From Epiperipatus broadwayi (lineage: Eukaryota > Animalia > Onychophora): a DNA stretch of 64,000 bases. Under the pieces are notes generated by a model. That model did not search any database and was not told the origin of the DNA. It worked only from the letters and a program-made list of their open reading frames with translations. Numbering within the stretch: position 1 is the stretch's first letter; each line of letters begins with the position of its first letter. The position numbers were made by a program, and so were the translations under genes. Of this stretch, positions 1-12,721 are shown in pieces. Where the stretch lies: assembly GCA_028023455.1 (NCBI GenBank), contig JAQFVV010000007.1:3224001-3288000 (forward strand), given 5' to 3'.

Positions 1-13
1 CATACCGCCCGAA

Positions 14-1054
14 TTGAGGGATCCCTTGATAAATTACATGCATAGATTGGTGGGACATTACAGTCCGAGGAAAACCGAAGAAGCCCTGAGACGGCAATTT
101 CATTGGCCGCAGATGTATTATGATATCCTCCAAATCCTCCAAAAGTGTACTATTTGTGCGAGAAGCAAGCCTGCCAATAAAAATTTTAGTGGTGCTCCTG
201 CCTCCATCATCCCAACAGGACCTAACAAGATATTAGCCATCGATCATTACGGGCCATTACCATCGTATCGGAAGTATAGATATCTTTTTGTCACATATGA
301 CGTTTTTTCCAAATATGCTTGGGCGTACCCAGTCATAAGGGCAGATTCGAAAAGTGCCATTAGGGCATTACAGCAAAAACAGTTTGTAACCATTGGAAAG
401 CCTGAAGTCATCCTATCCAACCATGGCTCAGCGTTTACCTCCCGAGTATGGCAGCACTGGATCAACGGGCAAGGCCTCAAGCATGTCATGACATCCATTC
501 GAAACCCCCAATCAAACCCCTGTGAGAGGGTCATGAGGGAAATCAACTGGCTTTTCCGGACTTATATCCATAATGACCACCGGGGATGGGTGAAACAGAC
601 TGTGAGCATTTTTCAATACATCAACGGAACTATAAACGAAGCGACTGGATTAACGCCAATCCGCCTCCATTTTGGTAAAACAGAACCGCCACTAATCAAA
701 ATACCCTTACCAATAGATGACCCGAAAGTCAACACTAAGGAACATCAACGGGCAGTTCGCCATCGTTTACAAGCCCGAGAAAAAAGAAGACAGTTAAAGG
801 AGATTGGGTCGTACCAATTCCAAGTTGGGGATCAAGTTTGGTTGAGACTTCCAAAGCCCAGCAACCGAGATCAAGGGAAATACAAAAAATTTTTCCCACT
901 ATATCAGGGGCCATATGTAATAAAAGAAGCAAACAGACCAAATGCATATTTACTGAAAGATCAAGGAATTATCAAGGGAACGTACAATGCCAGAAGTTTG
1001 AAACCTATTTATAACCGACCCAACCATCACCCACCAGACAATGGAGCATATTAA
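14..1054 (+). CDS. Gypsy pol C-terminus: HHCC zinc finger, rve integrase core and GPY/F motif (5'-partial, so the listed start is not real)
   Basis: HRLVGH...CTIC (HHCC), LAIDHYGPLP, VILSNHGSAF, SNPCERVMREI, YQGPYVI. Confidence 0.9.
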   Translation: MRDPLINYMHRLVGHYSPRKTEEALRRQFHWPQMYYDILQILQKCTICARSKPANKNFSGAPASIIPTGPNKILAIDHYGPLPSYRKYRYLFVTYDVFSKYAWAYPVIRADSKSAIRALQQKQFVTIGKPEVILSNHGSAFTSRVWQHWINGQGLKHVMTSIRNPQSNPCERVMREINWLFRTYIHNDHRGWVKQTVSIFQYINGTINEATGLTPIRLHFGKTEPPLIKIPLPIDDPKVNTKEHQRAVRHRLQAREKRRQLKEIGSYQFQVGDQVWLRLPKPSNRDQGKYKKFFPLYQGPYVIKEANRPNAYLLKDQGIIKGTYNARSLKPIYNRPNHHPPDNGAY

Positions 1055-1448
1055 ATGAAGAAACTCATGGACATGGACCTGAATTCGGATGTGACAAAGA
1101 CAACAATGTTTTTTTTTCTCTCTGTAAGATTTAGAAGTTAGGTAGTTTCAATGTTATCCGTGCGTAAGTTAGTGATTAGTTTACCAAAATATTCGTTAGA
1201 GTTAAAACCCTAGTAAAAAAAAAAAAAAAAATTGATCCGGGTATATATATCTGTATATATTTGTATCTTTGAATGTATCCCCTCATTTAAAAAAAAAAAA
1301 AAACAAAGATGTATTGTTACCTTATATTTTTCAGATTTCTGTTGGGCTGACTTGGCTAGTCAATATTATTTGTTTGTCAAAGAGATTCCTCAGTAGACCT
1401 TTATGTAAGACTTTTTTTTTTAAAATTTTTTTTTCATAACTAAGGGAA

Positions 1449-1677
1449 TGTGAAACAGGAAGATTGCTCTGCAAGACTTCGTTTCACCTTTCTCTTACAT
1501 TTCACCTACCTTTATACCTAAATTCGAATCCCAAATCGTTCGTAGTGTGTCTGTACGGCCATTTATATACTAAAATCCCGCCTAAAATAAACCACGTAGG
1601 CATTATTACTCGTGGAGTCCAATTTTCAACCCTTTATTTTTATTGATATATAAATGTCGAGTATGTGCATGTTTACA
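1449..1677 (+). repeat. Putative 3' LTR (about 229 bp)
   Basis: TG...CA termini with a short imperfect terminal inverted repeat, directly after the PPT. The 5' LTR lies outside the window, so this cannot be confirmed. Confidence 0.6.
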
Positions 1678-1899
1678 TATTCATTTAAAAGGTTATATAG
1701 GTAAAACTACACAAAGACTACGATGATAACTGTTAAATATTAATATCAATCATTGGAATTATATTATTGGATTGTGGTTGTTGAGTTCATTTATTTTAAA
1801 AATATTGTGTTGCAATATTTATTTGCTATTGTAGGTAAAATAATAATTATTAAAAGTAGTTTATAAACGGATTCATGCAATTACAATCTAAATGTGAAA

Positions 1900-2230
1900 T
1901 AATTTAATATTTTCTAAAATTATAAAGTTCCCACCATTGAAAATTATATAAATATAAAATAAGGCTAGGTTGAGAATATAATAGATTTAAAGTAAAACAT
2001 TTTGGATTATAAATTCACACTTCGTATGTCTACTTAGGAATTTCCAATTAGCAAAAGTCTTCAACAGAATGAAATAAATGTTTTAATCTTCTTTCAATCT
2101 GAGCATTTACTGGAATTTATAATTGTAAACTAAAAAAAAACCTTAAAATGGATTCCTTCTGATGTTCAGATAAGAAATAACTAATTGATAAGAATGCAAA
2201 AGGTTAAAGGTTTGTCATGCCCCAAGGCAG
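1900..2230 (+). pseudogene. Decayed LINE RNase H remnant (I/R1/Loa-like)
   Basis: From 2149 it reads WIPSDVQIRNN, then after a frameshift IDKNAK, matching the WIPSHxGIxGNExADxxAK RNase H motif. Confidence 0.45.
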
Positions 2231-2279
2231 GTTCTTTTATAAGATAAACAGTCTATATTGAATGTTTTTTTTTTGTTTA

Positions 2280-4380
2280 AAGGAGGGGAAGAAACAAAAG
2301 CGGATTCGGATTCTGATGCTGTTTTCTGCTGTTGGATTTTTGCGTTTTGATTTTATTTTCTGAGGTTATAAATTTTTTTATTCTGAGAATTTGGACGGTC
2401 TGAACTATTATTTTCGGTATGCTGATCCTGATGTTTTGCTGACCGACCATCCGTGACTTAAATAATTCGCTTTCAAGAAAATGTACAAAATGCTGACCTA
2501 TCATAGAACTGCCAATATGACTGAGTAGAGTCGGCACCGTGGCTATTTTCCTTTCGGAAATAGCTGGCCACTGCCGATGTACCATCTGACGCATCACCAA
2601 TATGCCTTAAGGAACCGCCTATGCTGCTGCAAACAGAGACTGAATTAACATGCTGCTAAATCTTATCCACTCCTGAAATGTACTCCAGCTCCAACCACCA
2701 AAGCAACTGAAAGGTAACAAAATTAACCCAAGAGCTCTTGTGATCTAAAACCCGCTATAGCAAAAACAAACTCCCTTTTTCTCACCACACTTATTATCAT
2801 GTATGTTTTAAAAATGTATATTTAAATTTATTGCTCGATCTAAACTTTGGGTTAATATCAAATTTAAATTGTTTTATTTGCGGATTTTATGGGCTTGCAT
2901 AGCATCGACCGAGCGAAGCAAATCTTAATTAATGATACTCCCCATTCCTTATAAAGAATGTAATTTTACGTTCATGAGTCCCTCCCTTAAATGAGATTTA
3001 GTAAGCCGCTCGTTCGATGACTATATTATTTTCTTTATAATACCTAGATTTGATTCATAATCTTCCAGGATGTATGCGAGGTGTGGGAATAACTATTGGC
3101 AGATGTGGGAGTGCGTGGGTTAATTACATTTTACTTAAATTCTCGCACTCACACCGTCCTTTTTATGTTAAACCCCATTATTTGTTTTAAGTATTTCTAT
3201 TGTTATTCTGAGTTTGGGAGAGTGTAGACGCTTTTCATCAATGCAGTGAATTGCTTAAGTGCCCAATCTTTCGTTATGTCTCCTTATTTTTGAATCGATT
3301 ATATATATATTTTAGTGTTGCTGGCAAGGGTATTCGATGTTGAGATCACTTTGTTCTTTAAAAGGGCTTTAAACGGCCAAGTCCGTTTCCCCTTTACTTC
3401 TTCCTGCAGTTTCCAGTCATTGTGTGTACCAGAGCATCACACCTGGGGATGCTGACGCAGTTCTTCGCAGCCATATGCTAGCATACTCCGATCTTTAGGG
3501 CTACAGCCGAGACCAATGTGGGGTGCAACATATGCGTCTGATTTTATGATTTATTTCTTTATTGTCGTCATAAAGTTCCTGTAGTTTAAATGGACTACCA
3601 CCCTCCATCGTTTCCTAAACCTTGCGAGTACCACTGAATCCCTTTTTAAGTACTTTAAGATAATATCATACTCACACATATATTTCCGCACTAAGCAAGT
3701 CGCTGCTGCCAAGCTCATTGGAGCCGCTCTGCATTTCTTCTGAAGTCAGCCTTTATCGTAAAACTATTTAATATCTTTTATTATACATAATTCCAGTACT
3801 CTTATTCTTGGGCTTCGCATGTATTCAAGGTTTAGTAGGGCACATTCGTAAGCGATAATTGACCCAGGTTATAGATTAACGAGTAAAATGATTTAATCAA
3901 TTGTAATTAACCATTTGACGCCACTATTTAATAAATAAATAGTGCCAGAAATCATATTTAGCCACTTAATAAATCATGTTAATTTAATCAATTCTTTACG
4001 TTAGTGTTTATTTTCTGATTCATCTCATTGTCTCGTATTGTCTGGGTTATACACGTATCTATTAAGATTTTCCAAACGCTAGCTGTTAATTTATTTATAA
4101 ATCTCACGTAGTCTCTTCTCTCTCTCTGACCACCGTGGCCTGAAAAGATGTTGCTATTGTGATGGTGGGTTCGGGCTCCATCGTATTTGGTTGCGCAGTC
4201 GATCTGCTATATTCGAATCCGGTATGACAGGCCCTGAACCCACTTGTGGTGCTGCTTTTCGAGTGTGGTGGAGAAACTGTGCAACTTGTTTATGAAATGT
4301 GCGAATTCTGACCGTTACAATATATAAATACTGAATCAGTGTCAGATCTATATAACTATGCAAACAAGTTGGCCTGAACT
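2280..4380. other. CpG-retaining, GC-richer block of unassigned origin (probably a mobile element)
   Basis: Many CpGs compared with the flanks; begins with the purine tract AAAGGAGGGGAA; no long ORF and no confidently recognised domain. Confidence 0.35.
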
Positions 4381-7300
4381 TAAAACATTAAGATGTTTTC
4401 AGGATTGGAAATACATTAAATCCAAAAATGCAGGTGCATTAGATCCATATTTAAAAATTTCTCAATAATAAAGACAATAACCCAAAAATTAATTTGTATA
4501 TAAAAATACGATAGCATTGGATAAGGATTTAAAAGTATTAGCATCTACTAATAATTTAAATTTACAATGCATTCATTTACAATATAACTGTATGGTTTGG
4601 TATAGGGGTAGACTGTGAAATCCATCTTCCATGATTACAGCCCAACCCTCTCACTTTGGTGCTCAAACAATTTATGAAATCATGAGCAATAAATCATATT
4701 AAGAGAATACAAATCAATATCAAACTTCTGCAGACACAATTAATTATAGGCTATTGCTCTGTTGTTCTGCCTTCTTTCAGACAGAAACTCATCTTCGATT
4801 GCATGGTAAATGGATATTTAGCTATTTTTTGGCTAGAAAATAAGGATAATCAGAATTGATAAGATGTCTGCCAATGCACTGCTTGAAAAATAAATAAATA
4901 AAATTAAAACTGTAATATGGTAATGTCTCACTACTGCTAAAAGGGATACTGAATACATGATTCATCTTCAAAATAATATTTATATTTTAATATCATTCTT
5001 AATAAATTTCAAATACAGTAATAATTATGAATTCTATAATTAAATTCTAATAAAAGCTCATTAAAATTAGATTAAATTTGAAAAAGATAATAAGGACAAA
5101 AAAAAAAAAAAGCATTAAAAAGAAAAGGTAAAACAATTTACTATTTCATAAGAATAGCTCATAAATAAAATTACGCTTTTTCAAGAGAATTATGAAAGAA
5201 GAACTATAATATTTTTTTTTTTCTTTTCTGTCACAAATTTTGAAATACAACATGTTCATCTAATTTGCTATATAGTAAATTTTCTGCAAAATCCGGGGTC
5301 GAGGCAACAGAATACCAACTAGTAATATACATTTATAGTTATATATACATTTGAAAAAATAATGAATTAATATAATCAAACTGGCACTAATTTTGTAGAC
5401 ACCTGAATCTCGGAACAAAAACAAAAATTTGATTATTTAGTATCAAGATATTTTTATTTTTATAATATGAATTATGACTATGAACAGAAAAATATTTTTT
5501 CTTAAGTATATTTAATAATAAATATATATAATGATTGAAATTCAAGCTCTCAATAACTGTGTAGATGAGTTTATATATGCGCGCGCGTATCTGCGTTAAT
5601 AAATATGTGGTTACACTAATAATTGACATATTTTATAATTGTTTATATATTTCATTAAAAAAGTATGATTTTGTAAGCAGACTTAATTAAATAAAACATA
5701 AAAGGCTTGCTTAACATTTTATGAGAGTAAAAGAAGCAATATTGAGCATTTCAATAATAAACTATAGAAAGGAAAAAAAAACTGCCTTAATAAATACACA
5801 ATCAATTTTGAAAAAAGAGTTCACTGACCAAAATGTACTTATTTTTTTAATTCTCGTTTATTTATTGTTTTTAATATTCTTTGCAAAAGTTTTATCAATC
5901 TATAAACAGAAGAACGGACATTTATTATTTTCTATATATAAGAGTTAATCATTATTATCCAATAATAAGAATCTAAAACTAAGTTTTCACAAAGAATTAG
6001 CAGATTAATATAATTAGCAAATTTAGATTTTAATACATACATGGCAGCTACAATATAATAAGTACTAGCATTATCATGTTCAAGAAACCAATCCAGTTTC
6101 TCTATCTTCTGCTTTATTCATAAAATTTTCCTAATGGCCTCTCTCCGTAAGAACCCATTTTATTTTTACAAAGACAATTTAATAGAATGAATTCCCAAAA
6201 TATATTACTTATAGTGGACTAACCATTTACGCAGCAAATCAGAACAAACTTCTATCAACAACTACAATTTATAATGCGGAAGATGCAAATATATATATTC
6301 CTCTACATAATAAAAGTAATTTTCGATATAATAATTGATTTTATACAGACATAGATACACAAGTAACTTCTTTGTATATATTAAAAGTTAGAAATGTTTC
6401 CATTAAATTATGTATAAATACTGTTAAAGCCACAGCTATAAATACTTTTAAAACTTTATACATAGAAATTAATTGCTTAGTGAACAAATAAATAAGCCAG
6501 TATTTAATACTTTTAAATTTATAAACAAATTTTAAAGCGGTTTAAACAAATTAATTTAAAAATTAATCAGATACTTCAAGTATAAAATAAATAAATAGTT
6601 CAAATATATTAAGCAAATAAATTTGAGTCAATTTTTCTTAATGTTGTCTAAAGTTAAAAAATAATAATCTCACAATAACTATCACCCAAGTGTGAAATTA
6701 TAAGCAAGATTCAGTCGATTTTTTTTTTTTGCGTCAGCAAGATAGTTTTTTCAGAGTTTTGTGTATGTATCTTTACAATAAACTTAAAAAAGTTAACTAT
6801 TACATATTTTAAAAGTTGAAAATAAATACTGGTTATTGCATAACTAGCTTAAACTAATAAAATTTGTTGTCTTCTAATAGAAAATTAACCATATATTCAT
6901 TTTATAATATATATAGAAAAAAAAAAACGAATTGTATTTATCTATTTATTGAAATTATTAAGTTTTATTTAGGGTTTTTAATAAAGTACATACGAACGTA
7001 TTTGCAAATAAGTTTTTCGTGGTTAAACTAATAGATTTAAAAAAGCTATAATTATTTTTTTAATCAAACAGGTAACTTAATAAGTTTTTAAAAATATATA
7101 CTTTATAAAATCGATAAACTTAAAAACACAACGATTTATATATTTATACATTTACAACATCGAAATTGAAAAAAAAAAAATTCCATGCAATATTTAAATA
7201 AAAATAATTGCAAATAAATAATTTTTTAAAAAACAACAACACAATATTTACAAATTATTAACTTTTTTAAAACAAATAGTAAATCTTTTAGAAAAACTTA

Positions 7301-8513
7301 GACTGAAACAGTTCGAATATAAACTTTATTACAGTTTAAAGGTTTAACTAAAACTGTGTCTATGGTGAATAAACTAATATACACAATATATAGATTAAAA
7401 GTTATTAACAATATTAGAAATATTTTATAAATACTATATAAAAATATTAACAAATTTAAATAAAAAGGCAAAACTAACATATTATTATTGTTGCATTTCC
7501 AGGAGAAAATATTTTACCTAGCATTTTTTATAGCTTTATTAGAATTTAAATCTTACTACTATATATTTATAGCCATATGGAACATATAAACATATATAAA
7601 GTTCACTAGTGAATAATTACAATTTTATATAACTCTTTATAACTGCGCCCTTATCAATAGTATGAATACTAACGGTTTTCCGGTTAAAAAATTATATTGA
7701 ATTATACCGTTTCTACGTTCTCTCTGCAAGCTATACATATTTTCACTGATGTCACAGGATTTATAATTAATGCTTTTTTCTTCTTCTTATAAACAACTAA
7801 TATCAATTAACATATTGGGATATTTTTAAAATTAATTATTGATCTGAAAATATATTGTTAAATATCTCGACAGAAATTTAATTCACATACAAGATTTAAT
7901 TAAAGATAGTTTAATATATAAGTTTTAGTCCTTATATAAAGTGTTTGCTATGTGTGATTTTTCTAGAGTTTAGTCGGTCTATCGTATCCACACCATTTGT
8001 TTCCAAATGTCTATGCAGATATTAAAATTCATAATAAAGCATCCATTACATTATATTCTAAACATATATACATGTAGTAGAGAAATTTTTAATATGTACA
8101 TACTATGATACAATTTCATTAAAACAGTAAACATGAAAACAACAAAAATATATTAATAAAAAGTAGAATAATGTAATTATTAAAAAGACATACAATAAAA
8201 AATTAACGGAGAAAGCACATTTCCATTCTTTATTCACACACAATAACTTAAATCTTTTTTAGTTGATCATTTGATAGTTTTTCTTATAAACTCAGTTCTT
8301 TCACTGTTTACCAGAACACTCATTCTATTATATATGTGCCAGCCATAAATATAATGATTTTAATAACTGAAACACAGGCTTGTTATATACCTGTGGCTAT
8401 ATATATGTAATATAGGGTATATGAGCACAGACTTTCACACCACCCACCTCTCTCCACTCTATCTAATAACACTGATACACCTAAACACATATATGCTGAA
8501 AAGATAAATAATC

Positions 8514-8557
8514 ACCAATATACGTATTTCATGCTAAACCAGCAATCATCAGTTGGT
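8514..8557 (-). ncRNA. Type I hammerhead ribozyme motif (family A)
   Basis: ACCAA CUGAUGA UUGCU-GGUUU-AGCAU GAAA UACGUA UA/UUGGU. Stem I is ACCAA/UUGGU, stem III is the palindrome UACGUA, and the cleavage triplet is AUA. Confidence 0.8.
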
Positions 8558-8848
8558 CCAGACTATCATCTTTACACACATATATAGATGTCTGCCCATC
8601 CTTGCATATGTATTAAATGGATTATGCCCTGTACATGTGGGGTTCAGATTGACCTTAGGTCAACATGGGTGTGACAATAATCTCGGCCTCAGGGTGGCCT
8701 TTGAGCATTCCATCATCAGATTTTCAATTGGATGGACGGTTGAAGAGTTGGAGTGGATTGAAGCCTGTCCATTAAACTATGAGGATAGTCTATCTTAATA
8801 TATATCTGAGCACTTATACTATATATGTGTGTAAAGATGATAGTCTGG

Positions 8849-8892
8849 ACCAACTGATGATTGCTGGTTTAGCATGAAATACGAATATTGGT
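8849..8892 (+). ncRNA. Type I hammerhead ribozyme motif (family A, right arm)
   Basis: Same core (CTGATGA 8854-8860, GAAA 8876-8879), but the stem III palindrome is broken (TACGAA). Confidence 0.75.
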
Positions 8893-9789
8893 GATTATTT
8901 ATCTTTTCAGCATATATGTGTTTAGGTGTATCAGTGTTATTAGATAGAGTGGAGAGAGGTGGGTGGTGTGAAAGTCTGTGCTCATATACCCTATATTACA
9001 TATAATGATTTTAATTTTTCATTAAATAAATAGCATACGATGTAATTTTAGTATGAATTATTTCACAAATCAATGAGTCATTTTTATTAAACTGTGACAA
9101 ATTACATGACTTTATCTTTCAAAACCATCTCAATTATTTTAGTTTAATCACATAATCCAAAAATTTCACACTGTCAGAATTTCTACCATTATGGATATTA
9201 TTTATTAATTTTCTAATTTCCTAGTGATCTCAGCAACATGGTTGACCGAGTACTAGACTGCTTTTATACTTTACAGAGCAAGCACACGTGAAATTTATGA
9301 ATTTTTTTTTTTCTTTCATTTATTTGTTTTGAGAGAAAGAATAGGATGACTTTTGCAAAATTCTGCCTAGCTGACTGCAGTTTATTTCTATAATTACGAT
9401 GGTTTTTTTTTTAAAAAAAAAAACAACAATATATTTTTAAACATATATTTAGACATTTGTAGAATACCATCATCACAAATCTTCAGAAAAACACCAATAT
9501 ATTTAGACATATTTTTATTTATATTTTGTTAACAGTGTGATAGATTTCTGAAAGTAAGCCTCCAAAACTATTTATGGTGCTCAGTGAGTAATAACAATTT
9601 TAATCTTGAGAACACATGGGGTGCAGCCCAAGAAACTATTCACAGTTGAATACAACAATTCTTTACAAATACAATTCTAGCAATGTCAGAATAGTGATGT
9701 TAATCTATTTTACTTTAATATCAGCAAATAAAATCAGTACTCAAAAGTACTGGTTTTATTTGTAAAACTTTTTTTTTTTTTTTGCAATA

Positions 9790-10900
9790 TTAATTTCATC
9801 CACGCTAATGATGCTTCCCTCAAATTATTCTTTTTGATGATTTCAATGACACGATGTTAAATGGTCTAGTCCTGTTGCCACAACAATACTAATGCCATTA
9901 CTATACCTCATAATTAATCCCCATGCAAATCTCATTTCTAATATAGTTCTTTCTTCTATAACCTTCTTGGCTTTTTCTAAAAAGCAATTCTGATAATTAT
10001 TCTATATATACAACTGTTCCCTTGGCCCTTACTGATTACTGCTAAATCTAAATTGTCTATTGTTTGCTTCTAGATTTATCCTGGCACTTCAAATTTTGGT
10101 AATTTGTACGATCTTTGCCTTTTCTATTATTTTTATTATACTAATTGTAATTCAAGGTTTATGATCCTATTACACATACATTTCTTACATTATATTAATG
10201 TATATGACACTTCTTTTATCCCTCACTCCAAAATTTGATTCAATAAATTATGTTGAATAGCTATATACCTTTGAATAACTGAGCTTTTATTGTTGGGGAA
10301 GGAGAATATAACATCCCAATATCTTGAGTGGAATATAGTGACATATTGATTACCACAATTTCTTATTGGAAATATGTAACTGAATAATAATGTCAAGATT
10401 TTTTATAATAAATTATTCCCTCCTATCCTAATGATAGTCATCCACTGAAAATCTTGTCAAAAACAATGATGTAATTTTTGAGGAGCAATTTTTTTCTTAT
10501 TCTATTTAATTATCTAATTATGTTTTTCATTCTTTCCATTTTCTTTCAACATATGTTCATTCAAAATGTTCTCATGTTTGATGTTAAAAAAGAAGCATCT
10601 AACCCATATAGCATTTAAATTTCTTATAACCTTTGGATTCACTCAATATTCAGTCAGATCTTAAGATTATTGTAAACAAATATTAAACTAATGTGAACTG
10701 ATTAAAAAATATAAATAAAATCCATCTTCTTGGTTTCTAAAGTTACAGTATGCTGAATATTACATGATCTTTGAAAAGAAAAACATCTATAAAAAATTCT
10801 TAACATTTTGAAAGCATCCTATAGAAAAAAATTTAGTTTAGAAATTAATGTATTCAAAAACTCAAATGCTTTTATCAGTTAAATAGAAAAAAAATATTCA
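9790..10900 (-). mobile_element. Heavily decayed RTE-like LINE, RT and 3' region
   Basis: Broken minus-strand frames resembling the RTE RT and C-terminal motifs (IVFDKIF..., EMRFAWGLIMR...). Confidence 0.4.
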
Positions 10901-11574
10901 GCATGTTTGACTTAAATAATTTTATAACTTGATAATATGGATAAATTTAAATATTTTAGGTGCTTCTTAGATTATGAGCTGGACTTACTGAGGTTCACTC
11001 AATATAGACTTCAATGAACTGCTGATGTATTTTACAAATTAAAAAAGATATGTTATCTTGATGATATAAACACTTCAATTAGTAAATTAATTGCATCTAA
11101 GAATTGTGTGGTAAAAACACATGGGTCTTCTATTGAAAAATCATAAGGCAATAGAATTTTTCCTTCAAAGAATGGGTTTGTAATATGTTTAAAACACGAT
11201 GGCAAAATATTTTTCATCTAGCTCCATGGATGAGCTATTGAATCTGCTATTGTATAAGTACATTTTCATTTGACCCAGGCATGAAAGTGAATAAATAATA
11301 ATAAATTTTCTAAGATATATTTTTGATAAACTTAAACATGGTTTTCACAGGAGAAATTGATCTCATTTATAAATAAAGATCATCTCGAGACATTTTCAAA
11401 AGATGTAATATTGACAGCTTCAATGGGAGGTTATGGTAGAGAATAAGAATAAATAAAAATATGTTAATGAGATGTAATAATGCAAATATGAATTTTTCAC
11501 AATCAAAACTTTGCTGTAAAATTTAAAAAATAGCATAACAAGATATCAAATAAATAAAGATTCATCATCATTTT

Positions 11575-12300
11575 AAAATATTTTTGCTTCATTATAGAAT
11601 GACGTTCTTGCCAAGTTTAATCCAGTTTCCCAGATTTCTAGTCTCATACAATTTCTTTCTAGGCTTTTTACAATCTCTTGGGATCCAATTTAAAATTTCA
11701 ACTATCTCCTGTCCAACTCCTTTTCAATCTCTTAATTCTTTTAATGATGTCAATGATACCTATTTATTCTCTCACCCATGTAATTCACTTTTGACTTATT
11801 TTTATTATTCATTATTGAATGGTCTGAAGTACTTTTCTATTAAGTGTCCAAGACTTAGAATCATAAGTAAGAACTATTAGAATACATCTATTAAAATTTC
11901 ACCTTTTTAAAAATAACGTATTTCTACCAAAAACATTTCATCTAAGTTTAAATCCATAATTAATTTCATCCATTATGTTTTCATCTACTTTAATAGTATT
12001 TGTAATTGTTAACTTCTTCCAATTCATGACTATCAATTTTTATTTTCTTCTTCTGAGAAAATCCATTGAACACTACTTTAGTCTTTAATCCTATTTTCAT
12101 CTGATACCTCTTGCAATATTTCTAAACTTCTAAATCATTATTTGCAAAAACATCTACTTCATCTGCAAAATGACTTAAATAACTTTCCATTTTAATCCAC
12201 AACATACTTCTTGTAAAACTGTTGTAAAAAGTTTTGGAGGTATGGAATCACCCTATCATACACCCATCTCAATATTATGATAAGATCCCAGGCCTATATC
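11575..12300 (-). mobile_element. RTE LINE 3' fragment
   Basis: VEILNWIPRDCKKPRKK on the minus strand; clearly homologous to 28380-28640 and 28715-29500. Confidence 0.75.
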
Positions 12301-12679
12301 TTCTCGAATTTAAACGCATAAATAAACAGCTAGTAAAGTCATGACTTTTGTTTTTTATCTACATTCATTTACAATGCAAAAATAATCACACAAAAGTAAC
12401 TGATGCAACAACAAAAATGTATGGAATGAATATTAAAAAAGTATCTCCTCCTTTCAGTTAATAGCAACACTTTTTAACAACCAATAAAAGAGTAACTTCA
12501 TGATGTATATATAGACATACATGATCACTATCTCATACTAGCACAATAATTGTTATTAAACAATCCAAATCAAAGCAAAACTCTCCATATAGTAGTGCCA
12601 TCTTGTGCTAACAAGAGCAATCAATGGATGCCAGAAGGCTTGTGCATAAAATCCCTATCTAGTGCCTACTCATCCAATA

Positions 12680-12721
12680 TCCCCAGACTAGTTTCTGGCT
12701 TGTGGCCTTCATCAGTGAGGA
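12680..12721 (-). ncRNA. Type I hammerhead ribozyme motif (family B)
   Basis: Reverse complement of the motif at 13590-13631; predicted cleavage between 12686 and 12685. Confidence 0.8.

Larger units (their letters stand above)
1..1677 (+). mobile_element. 3' end of a Ty3/Gypsy LTR retrotransposon (integrase, 3' UTR, PPT, 3' LTR); runs off the left edge of the window
   Basis: Integrase ORF 14-1054. Purine tract AAGGGAA at 1442-1448 is followed by TGTGAAACA (1449), with a matching end TGTTTACA (1670-1677). Confidence 0.85.
8365..8999. mobile_element. Hammerhead family A, copy 1: inverted-repeat non-coding retroelement with a 16-bp TSD
   Basis: 186-bp inverted arms at 8402-8587 and 8819-9004 (one mismatch seen, at 8884). 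TSD ATATAATGATTTTAAT at 8349-8364 and 9000-9015. Confidence 0.85.

Noticed and set aside
5292-5323. Helitron 3' end (GC-rich stretch then CTAG-T)
   Set aside because: The hairpin is poor and no matching 5' TC end was found.
8553-8798. 81-aa ORF as the end of a Penelope GIY-YIG protein
   Set aside because: No convincing motif; the same bases are better explained by RNA base-pairing, and the frame is not conserved in copy 2.
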